DNA of 64,000 bases from Eledone cirrhosa (taxonomy: Eukaryota), in assembly GCA_964016885.1 (NCBI GenBank), contig OZ024764.1, forward strand, positions 3,038,001-3,102,000. The letters are read 5' to 3'. Made by a program: the position numbers and the translations under genes. The first letter of the stretch is position 1. Every line of letters begins with the position of its first letter. A model generated the notes under the pieces. It ran no database searches. It saw only the letters and a list, made by a program, of their open reading frames with translations, and was not told the DNA's origin. Positions 52,693 to 64,000 of this stretch are shown one piece after another.

Positions 52693-53385
52693 TTTTCCAA
52701 ACCTACTAGACTTAAATCCACGTAGATGTAGACGTATCGCTTTCTGCCCGGTGAATGAATCAAGCCGTTAAAATGACCACCACACAAATGGGCCATTAGA
52801 AAAAGCGGGAATTATAGACTCGTTGATATTTCATTTTACTAGAAACAGCAGCATGATACAACATTTTTTTCTCTACATTAAGGAGAATTCAGATAAATGA
52901 TATAGATGTGGTAGATGTTCCAGTAGGTATTAAGTACCCACGGAAATATATATGGTGTCTATAATAGTGGTTGTTCTATGGTACTGATTTGAGATACCAG
53001 AACTGTAAATATGAGCAGAACAAGTAAACATTAAACAATCTTTTAAATAAATATATATATAGATATATATATAACGAAGAAAATGTGGTAAGGAACCAGT
53101 TGGACCATAACGCACCAAAGTACTCAATACTTAGGGTAGTAGAGTGGGTAATAGGAACGAGTAGGACCCCGACGGCTGAGCTCAAGCCGTTTCGACGTCT
53201 GAATTAGCCGTCGAAACGGCTTGAGCTCAGCCGTCGGGGTCCTACTCGTTCCTATATATATATAGGAGGTGAGTTTTATTGTAGCACAATAAAGCAATGC
53301 AAATATCGGATAAGTAGCACTCAAGAGTTTATAGGACTGGAGTATAAATAATGTAAAATCAAAAGATGGTTAAAAGAGTTCCATG

Positions 53386-53456
53386 TATTTTATTATGCGC
53401 ATTTCAAAAACAAATATCATCATGGGATGATATTTGCGTTCTCATCAGATAAAATA
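53386..53456 (-). ncRNA. Minimal type-I hammerhead ribozyme (family of 18039-18108) in fold-back 53347-53573
   Basis: Reverse strand: UAUUUUAU-CUGAUGA-GAACG-CAAAUAUCAUC.CCAU.GAUGAUAUUUG-UUUUU-GAAAU-GCGC-AUA-AUAAAAUA. Confidence 0.8.
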
Positions 53457-54190
53457 GGGAGACATGACATGAAGCTTAAAAAACACTTGCAAGCAGTGAA
53501 TGATATCTGTTTTTGAAATGCGCATAATAAAATACATGGAACTCTTTTAACCATCTTTTGATTTTATATTATATGTATATATATATATATATATAAATGA
53601 AAGGTATAGAAAACATTGTAGCAAAAAGCCAACAGTATTCCATAATATATAAAGTGACTATAGCGTCAAAATAGGAAAAATAGTTAACGTAAGATGTGGG
53701 AAAAATAAATCAAACTCATCTCAAAGAGAATCAGGATATAGATTCATCCACAGAATTTAGTGAAATCCAGAGAAAAATCAATAGAGCCTTAACTCTTGAT
53801 AAAATAAAGTTTAAAATACTCATCCTTCAATTTGGAAAAACTTCAAATGCTGTGTATAGTCTGAAAGACTATTTCACAAAAACTTTCGGTGGAGATGGTC
53901 ACGGTTGGAATCCGATCCTCAGCAGAGCTCAACTCGATAACCAAAATTCTCACAGACTAATATGCCAAAAAGGGAATTTAAAACAGGCTAGTTCACCATC
54001 ATGCGTGATTATGAAAAATAAAACGCACATGTGGAAGGACAGGGCTGGTGACGTCAGAATGAGACGAATGTTTGTTTACAAGAAACAACAGTCAAAAAAC
54101 ATTCCGAAAAAAAAAACTCTACAATAAGGAGTTCAGCAAAAAGCAATATTATCGCGGTTTTTTATTTAAAAAAAAAAATATATATATATA

Positions 54191-54245
<55 letters not shown>

Positions 54246-54347
54246 TTGTTGCTTTATTAGTTTTTCCTTCTCTTGCTTCTGAAAGATTTACTACAATGGA
54301 TAATTTCAAAATTCTAGAAATTTCTTCCACTTCTTCATCTCTTCCAG

Positions 54348-54419
54348 AAATACTCCCTGTCCCCTAAAGTCACTGACGACGAGTTATACTTCTTCAAGAA
54401 ACACATTGTCCCTCAGAAA
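54348..54419 (+). CDS. PBRM1: Polybromo-1 exon: KYSLSPKVTDDELYFFKKHIVPQK
   Basis: SLS.KV.DDE.Y.F.K.IVPQK PBRM1 motif; tccag/gtaagt. Confidence 0.94.
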
Positions 54420-54974
54420 GTAAGTAAAAGTGGTTGTTATTGTTGTTGTTGTTTTTCTTGTTATTGTTGTTGTTGTTTACTATCACTGAATGCTCTTCCT
54501 ATCACCAACCATTTTACAGAGTGTACTGGGTGTATTTATTGTGTAGACCACCAACACCACTGAAGAATCCTCTAAAAACCCTTTTGACATAATTTGTACA
54601 GCGAGAGACCGTCCTGTCATCAACTCTTTTACAGAGTGTACTGGGTGTATTTTACCATGTGGTCAACACTAGGGAGGGTGTGATATCATTAACACCAATG
54701 TATAGTCCTCTAAAACCTTTGTTTGGCAGGTTTTCTACAGTTATAGGCATTCCCAACATCAACTGTTTTACCATGTCACCAACACTAGGGAGGTTGTCAT
54801 GTCTTGTCACCACTGAAGAGTCCTCTCAACCGGCGTGGTTTCTGCAGTTGAATGCCCTAACCATCTTACAAGATGCACGCGGTGCGTTTTCATGGCACTA
54901 GTTCTACGGCATTTGATGTGTGAAGAATCCCCTCAATTTTTTGGTTTGGTTTCTTCTACTGGAAGACCTTCCTT

Positions 54975-55652
54975 ACACCTGCAGCTTTAGCTGGCCTCGT
55001 ACTTGGTTGTATCTTAGGGAGGTTTCTTGTCTGTTTTAATGATAAGGACCCCAGTCCTATCATGTTGTTACAGCTCACACCTATGTAGGTTTAGCTGGTC
55101 TCCTACAAGGTTGTATCTCATAGGAGGTTTCCCATCTATTTTAATGATAGGGACCCCAGTTCTATCATGTTGTTACAGCTCACACCTATGTAGGTTTAGC
55201 TGGCCTCTTACAAGGTTGTATCTCATAGGAGGTTTCTCTGGTGTTTTAATGATAGGGACCCCAGTCCTATCATGTTGTTACAGCTCACACCTATGTAGGT
55301 TTAGCTGGCCTCTTACAAGGTTGTATCTCACAGGAGGTTTCTCTGGTGTTTTAATGATAGGGACCCCAGTCCTATCATGTTGTTACAGCTCACACCTATG
55401 TAGGTTTAGCTGGTCTCCTACAAGGTTGTATCTCATAGGAGGTTTCCCATCTATTTTAATGATAGGGACCCCAGTCCTATCATGTTGTTACAGCTCACAC
55501 CTATGTAGGTTTAGCTGGCCTCCTACAAGGTTGTATCTCATAGGAGGTTTCCCATCTATTTTAATGATAGGGACCCCAGTCCTATCATGTTGTTACAGCT
55601 CACACCTATGTAGGTTTAGCTGGCCTCCTACAAGGTTGTATCTCATAGGAGG
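54975..55652. repeat. 6 x 105-bp tandem repeat (dispersed family; inverse copies at 13990-14322 and 17225-17315)
   Basis: Period 105; contains gatagggaccccagtcctatcat, also seen in SINE family A. Confidence 0.9.
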
Positions 55653-56522
55653 CAACAGGAATGTTTAAATGATGGAGGACCCCATACACTATGTGAATCG
55701 GTAGTTCTTGTGTTACGTTAAAATGCTCCCAGTGCTATCAGATTAGTGATTTATGTTTGGAAGGGGATCGAGCCATAGAAACTGCCAAAATAAGGGATGT
55801 ATGTGCTAGACGTTGTTCTGTGATTGATATTATCCTTCCAACCCTTACCAGCATGAGAAGCAGGCATAAAATGGTGATGATGATATATATTTACATACAT
55901 ATTCACACTGTAAGTGTGGTTGGTGTTAGGAAGGGCATCCAGCTGTAAAATACCCCCCCAGCCAATATACAGTTCCGTTTGAGCTAGGTACGATGTGGCC
56001 AAATGGCCAGACTTTATCATAATGTGGACGACCCATCTGACCCATGCAAGCATGGAAAAATATACAGTGATGATGATGATGATGATGAAGAGGACTTTTC
56101 AGTTATATATATATATGTATAGTTACTTGAGTGGGATTTCCTATTACAAAAAAAATGAGCCCTTGATGTTGAAACATAGAGGTAACTTATATATTTTTTA
56201 ATACATGGTTTTCACTGAATTTTCAAGGAACTAATAGTTTCATTGTCTGTGTTGATAAAGGTACACTCCTCCATTGTCAGAAGCTGCTTGTAAGGGCAGC
56301 AAAGATCTAATCTTCAGCTATATTTTATTTATATATATAATATATGTAATATATATATAGTATATATATGTGTATATATATGTATATATATATATGTATA
56401 TATAGTATATATATGTGTATATATATATATGTATATATGTATATATATATATATATTTATATTGTGTTTATACATAAGACTAACAGCTGGCGTTTTTTTG
56501 CTCTTCGATCTTTCTCTCCCCC

Positions 56523-56553
<31 letters not shown>

Positions 56554-56587
56554 TGTCTGCGGTGTCTGTCTGTGTGTCCTGAAATAG

Positions 56588-56770
56588 GAGCCGTCTCCAT
56601 TGTTACCGGAGGCCGTTGACACGGAAGAGCTGGAGGAGGAGGAGAAGCTGGAGTACCCCGTGGTGACAACCCCTAACAAGAGCCTGAACTTGTCCTACGA
56701 GGAGACACCCCTCCTGCCGGAGAAGCCCAACCGCAAGGAAAGCGGAGGGACTACCGATCGCACTCGAAAG
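56588..56770 (+). CDS. PBRM1: Polybromo-1 exon: EPSPLLPEAVDTEE...GTTDRTRK (3' boundary uncertain)
   Basis: PQK|EPSPLL junction is PBRM1-typical; GC-rich; aatag acceptor. Donor AAG/gtcact is weak, so the end is tentative. Confidence 0.8.
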
Positions 56771-56813
56771 GTCACTGGGAGTCCAGTTGAGTACTCTTCC
56801 TACCCCTCTCACA

Positions 56814-56848
<35 letters not shown>

Positions 56849-57813
56849 CTTATGTATAAATATACATACACATATAACAATATATATATATACTTATGTA
56901 TAAATATACATACACTTATATACTCATATATATATATATATATATACTTATGTATAAATATACATACACTTATATACTTATATATATATATATATATATG
57001 CTTATGTATAAATATACATACACTTATATACTTATATATATATATATACTTATGTATAAATATACATACACTTATATACTTATATATATATATATACTTA
57101 TGTATAAATATACATACACTTATATACTTATATATATATATATACTTATGTATAGATATGCATACACATATAACAATATATATATATATACTTATGTATA
57201 AATATACATACACATATATACTTATATATATATACTTATGTATAAATATGCATACACATATATACTTATATATATATACTTATGTATAAATATGCATATA
57301 CATATAACAATATATATATATATATACTTATGTATAAATATACATACACATATGTACTTATATATATATATATATATACTTATGTATAAATATACATACA
57401 CATATGTACTTATATATATATATATATATACTTATGTATAAATATACATACACATATATACTTATATATATAGATATACTTATGTTTATATATATATATA
57501 TATATAAGTATATATGTGTGTGTATAGTTATATCTATATCGATGTATATATATATAAATATATATATACATACTTATAAATATACCTACACATATATACT
57601 TATATATATATACATATGCTTATATATATATATATACATTTCTTTCTTCTTGTAAACCAAACAAAACATTAGTGTTGTTACTGTTGTTGTTGTTGTTTTA
57701 AGTACCCTGGTCAATTCTTAGCATCTAAGCCCCACAGTTCCCAGGGTGGGGGATATGTAGTTTGTTGTGGTAGCACTAGGGGTCTTCTGTGAGCAAATTT
57801 CAAGTACTCATTC

Positions 57814-59338
57814 TTAACCCTTTAGCATATATATTACTCAATATATACTGTTGTATTTTCACAATAAAGGCTTTACCTCACATAATTATCTCACATAACA
57901 TTTACATTACTCTATATATACTATTGTATTGTCACAGTAAAGTCTTTACCTCACATAATATCTCACATAACATTTACATTACTCTATATATACTATTGTA
58001 TTGTCACAGTAAAGGCTTTACCTCACATAATATCTCACATAACATTTACATTACTCTATATATACTATTGTATTGTCACAGTAAAGGCTTTACCTCACAT
58101 AATATCTCACATAACATTTACATTACTCTATATATACTATTGTATTGTCACAGTAAAGTCTTTACCTCACATAATATCTCACATAACATTTACATTACTC
58201 TATATATACTATTGTATTGTCACAATAAAGGCTTTACCTCACATAATTATCTCACATAACATTTACATTACTCTATATATACTATTGTATTGTCACAGTA
58301 AAGTCTTTACCTCACATAATATCTCACAACATTTACATTACTCTATATATACTATTGTATTGTCACAATAAAGGCTTTACCTCACATAATTATCTCACAT
58401 AACATTTACATTACTCTATATATACTATTGTATTGTCACAATAAAGGCTTTACCTCACATAATTATCTCACATAACATTTACATTACTCTATATATACTA
58501 TTGTATTGTCACAGTAAAGTCTTTACCTCACATAATATCTCACAACATTTACATTACTCTATATATACTATTGTATTGTCACAGTAAAGGCTTTACCTCA
58601 CATAATATCCCACATAACATTTACATTACTCTATATATACTATTGTATTTTCACAGTAAAGACTTTACCTCACATAATATCTCACATAACATTTACATTA
58701 CTCTATATATACTATTGTATTTTCACAGTAAAGGCTTTACCTCACATAATATCTCACATAACATTTACATTACTCTATATATACTATTGTATTGTCACAG
58801 TAAAGGCGTTACCTCACATAATATCTCACATAACATTTACATTACTCTATATATACTATTGTATTGTCACAGTAAAGGCGTTACCTTACATAATATCTCA
58901 CATAATATTTACATTACTCTATATATACTATTGTATTGTCACAGTAAAGGCTTTACCTCACATAATATCTCACATAACATTTACATTACTCTACATATAC
59001 TATTGTATTGTCACAGTAAAGGCTTTACCTCACATAATATCTCACATAACATCTACATTACTCTATATATACTATTGTATTTTCACACTAAAGGCTTTAC
59101 CTCACATAATACCTCACATAACATTTACATTACTCTATATATACTAGTGTATTTTCACAGTAAAGGCTTTACCTCACATAATTACCTCACATAATATCAA
59201 ATCTGTGAGATTTTGATATTATTTATTTTGAGAACAATACCTTAACATCAGGATGAGCAGCCAGTTACAGCCAGTTTGAACAGGAAGAGGTGGGAGAATT
59301 CTCGCTGGATATGGCCGGTTTAAATGCTAAAGGGTTAA
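57814..59338 (+). mobile_element. TTAA MITE with about 19 x 72-bp units
   Basis: TTAA-CCCTTTAGCAT ... ATGCTAAAGGG-TTAA. Confidence 0.8.
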
Positions 59339-59974
59339 CATGAATATCCAGGAAAAATGAAATTGAGGGAATTAATGCTTATAAAATTTTAATGATTTTC
59401 AAATCTTATAAAATCATGTCTACTGTCACCCTCAATTCCTGGCTGTCACCCTTGCCTAGTTGCTGAAATTCCTCATCTTCCTCACATCCTTTGGGGGTCA
59501 TTGCTGTCTTCACAATCACTTGTGTCGCTATCAATATAATTGTTTCTACGTTAGGCACAAGGACAGCAAAATACCCAGTGCATTACTGGTACTTTATTTT
59601 ATAGACTCCGTAAGGATGGAAAGCATAGTTAACCTCGGCAGGATTTGTACTCAGAATGGCAAGGGCCGTAAATCTATGCTAGAAAGCATGGCATCCGCCC
59701 CTCTACCGATACTGCCAATTCACCGCCCTACTGTCGCTATCATTATAATGAAAACCATCTAAGGCGTTGCTGGTGACACATGCCAGCCACATTGTTGGAA
59801 ACCCTTTATAGATGTCTCAGTTTTCACAGCACCCCAATATTTCCTACTTTTTAATTATAAATCTTTAACGTGCAATAATTAGCCCAAACCTGACCTTCAC
59901 CTTATAACACACACACTGATCTGGAGGGTCAAATTTTGGAAACAAATGTGCATTGTATATTAGAAAAAATACGG

Positions 59975-62900
59975 TATTTTTCTCTAAGTATATATATCAC
60001 ACATTATATACACACTATAGGGTATATATTCTTCTCTAAGTATATATATATATCTCACACAATATATACACACTATTGGGTATATATTCTTCTCTAAGTA
60101 TATATATCTCACACACACAATATATACACACTATTGGGTATATATTCTTCTCTAAGTATATATATCTCACACACACATTATATACACACTATAGGGTATA
60201 TATTCTTCTCTAAGTATATATATATCTCACACACACATTATATACACACTATTGGGTATATATTCTTCTCTAAGTATATATATATATATCTCACACATTA
60301 TATACACACTATTGGGTATATATTCTTCTCTAAGTATATATATCACACATTATATACACACTATAGGGTATACATTCTTCTCTAAGTATATATATTTATC
60401 TCACACACACAATATATACACACTATAGGGTATATATTCTTCTCTAAGTATATATATATATCTCACACAATATATACACACTATTGGGTATATATTCTTC
60501 TCTAAGTATATATATCTCACACAATATATACACACTATTGGGTATATATTCTTCTCTAAGTATATATATCTCACACACACAATATATACACACTATTGGG
60601 TATATATTCTTCTCTAAGTATATATATCTCACACACACATTATATACACACTATAGGGTATATATTCTTCTCTAAGTATATATATATATCTCACACAATA
60701 TATACACACTATTGGGTATATATTCTTCTCTAAGTATATATATCTCACACACACAATATATACACACTATTGGGTATATATTCTTCTCTAAGTATATATA
60801 TATCTCACACACACATTATATACACACTATTGGGTATATATTCTTCTCGAAGTATATATATATATCTCACACATTATATACACACTATTGGGTATATATT
60901 CTTCTCTAAGTATATATATCACACATTATATACACACTATAGGGTATACATTCTTCTCTAAGTATATATATTTATCTCACACACACAATATATACACACT
61001 ATAGGGTATATATTCTTCTCTAAGTATATATATATATCTCACACAATATATACACACTATAGGGTATATATTCTTCTCTAAGTATATATATCTCACACAC
61101 ACATTATATACACACTATAGGGTATATATTCTTCTCTAAGTATATATATATCCCACACACACATTATATACACACTATTGGGTATATATTCGTCTCTAAG
61201 TATATATCTCACACAATATATACACACTATAGGGTATATATTCTTCTCTAAGTTTATATATATATCTCACACACACATTATATACACACTATTGGGTATA
61301 TATTCTTTAAGTATATATATCTCACACACACATTATATACACACTATTGGGTATATATTCGTCTCTAAGTATATATATCTCACACACACATTATATACAC
61401 ACTATAGGGTATATATTCTTCTCTAAGTATATATATATCTCACACACACATTATATACACACTATAGGGTATATATTCTTCTCTAAGTATATATATATCT
61501 CACACACACATTATATACACACTATTGGGTATATATTCTTCTCGAAGTATATATATATATCTCACACATTATATACACACTATTGGGTATATATTCTTCT
61601 CTAAGTATATATATCACACATTATATACACACTATAGGGTATACATTCTTCTCTAAGTATATATATATATCTCACACAATATATACACACTATAGGGTAT
61701 ATATTCTTCTCTAAGTATATATATATCCCACACACACATTATATACACACTATTGGGTATATATTCGTCTCTAAGTATATATCTCACACAATATATACAC
61801 ACTATAGGGTATATATTCTTCTCTAAGTTTATATATATATCTCACACACACATTATATACACACTATTGGGTATATATTCTTTAAGTATATATATCTCAC
61901 ACACACATTATATACACACTATTGGGTATATATTCGTCTCTAAGTATATATATATATCTCACACTCACATTATATACACACACTATAGGGTATATATTCT
62001 TCTCTAAGTATATATATATCTCACACAATATATACACACTATAGGGTATATATTCTTCTCTAAGTATATATATATCTCACACATTATATACACATTATAG
62101 GGTATATATTCTTCTCTAAGTATATATATCACACACATTATATACACACTATAGGGTATATATTCTTCTCTAAGTATATATATATATATCTCACACATTA
62201 TATACACACTATTGGGTATATATTCTTCTCTAAGTATATATATCTCATTCACACATTATATACACACTATTGGGTATATATTCTTCTCTAAGTATATATA
62301 TATATCTCACACAATATATACATTATTGGGTATATATTCTTCTCTAAGTATATATATATATCTCACACTCACATTATATACACACTATAGGGTATATATT
62401 CTTCTCTAAGTATATATATATCTCACACACAATATATACACACTATAGGGTATACATTCTTCTCTAAGTATATATATATATCTCACACACAATATATACA
62501 CACTATAGGGTATACATTCTTCTCTAAGTATATATATATATATCTCACACACACAATATATACACACTATAGGGTATATATTTTTCTCTAAGTATATATA
62601 TCTCATTCACACATTATATACACACTATTGGGTATATATTCTTCTCTAAGTATATATATCTCACTCACACAATATATATGTACATTATTGGGTATATATT
62701 CTTCTCTAAGTATATATATATATCTCACACACACATTATATACACACTATAGGGTATATATTCTTCTCTAAGTATATATATATATATCTCACACATTATA
62801 TACACACTATAGGGTATATATTCTTCTCTAAGTATATATATATCTCACACACTATTGGGTATATATATATATACATACTATTGGGTATAGTGTTCTCTAA

Positions 62901-64000
62901 GTATAGTGTTCTCTACATTATATATATACACTATTGGGTATATATTCTCTAAGTATAGTGTTCTCTACATTATATATACACACTATTGGGTATATATTCT
63001 CTAAGTATAGTGTTCTCTAAGTATATATATACACTATTGGGTATATATTCTCTAAGTATAGTGTTCTCTACATTATATATATACACTATTGGGTATATAT
63101 TCTCTAAGTATAGTGTTCTCTACATTATATATACACACTATTGGGTATATATTCTCTAAGTATAGTGTTCTCTAAGTATATATATACACTATTGGGTATA
63201 TATTCTCTAAGTATAGTGTTCTCTAAGTATATATACACACTATTGGGTATATATTCTCTAAGTATAGTGTTCTCTAAGTATATATATACACTATTGGGTA
63301 TATATTCTCTAAGTATAGTGTTCTCTACATTATATATATACACTATTGGGTATATATTCTCTAAGTATAGTGTTCTCTACATTATATATACACACTATTG
63401 GGTATATATTCTCTAAGTATAGTGTTCTCTAAGTATATATATACACTATTGGGTATATATTCTCTAAGTATATATACACACTATTGGGTATATATTCTCT
63501 AAGTATAGTGTTCTCTAAGTATATATATACACTATTGGGTATATATTCTCTAAGTATAGTGTTCTCTACATTATATATATACACTATTGGGTATATATTC
63601 TTTAAGTATAGTGTTCTCTACATTATATATACACACTATTGGGTATATATTCTCTAAGTATATTGTTCTCTAAGTATATATATATCTCACACACTATTGG
63701 GTATATATATATATACATACTATTGGGTATAGTGTTCTCTAAGTATATATATACACTATTGGGTATATATTCTCTAAGTATAGTGTTCTCTACATTATAT
63801 ATATACACTATTGGGTATATATTCTCTAAGTATAGTGTTCTCTACATTATATATACACACTATTGGGTATATATTCTCTAAGTATAGTGTTCTCTACATT
63901 ATATATACACACTATTGGGTATATATTCTCTAAGTATAGTGTTCTCTAAGTATATATATACACTATTGGGTATATATTCTCTAAGTATAGTGTTCTCTAA
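59975..64000. repeat. AT-rich ~55-60-bp satellite running off the window end
   Basis: cacactattgggtatatattcttctctaagtatata; unit changes (gains gtatagtgttctct) near 62880. Confidence 0.97.

Noticed and set aside
53696-54127. 143-aa ORF
   Set aside because: No recognisable domain or splice-phase need; probably an unclassified repeat.

Overview
AT-rich, repeat-dense animal genomic DNA. The SINE/RTE repertoire and microsatellite-filled introns suggest an octopus or other coleoid cephalopod (inference). The whole window lies inside one + strand gene, Polybromo-1 (PBRM1/BAF180). I traced 23 GT-AG exons (2579-56770, about 916 codons, phases consistent). They encode the end of one bromodomain, three further bromodomains (probably BD4-BD6), two BAH domains and the linker before the HMG box. 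Both gene ends lie outside the window. Nearly all long six-frame ORFs are satellite artefacts. The introns hold tRNA-derived SINEs, RTE and Ingi/Vingi-like LINE ends, a TTAA-flanked MITE with an expandable 72-bp array, and many local satellites. The main unexpected signal is about 20 minimal type-I hammerhead ribozyme motifs from many unrelated sequence families, all folded by eye. They sit in short elements inserted in (TA)n tracts, often as near-perfect fold-backs. Two homologous ~470-bp copies are circularly permuted and terminally redundant, as expected of retrozyme or Penelope-type elements copied from a circular or tandem RNA.
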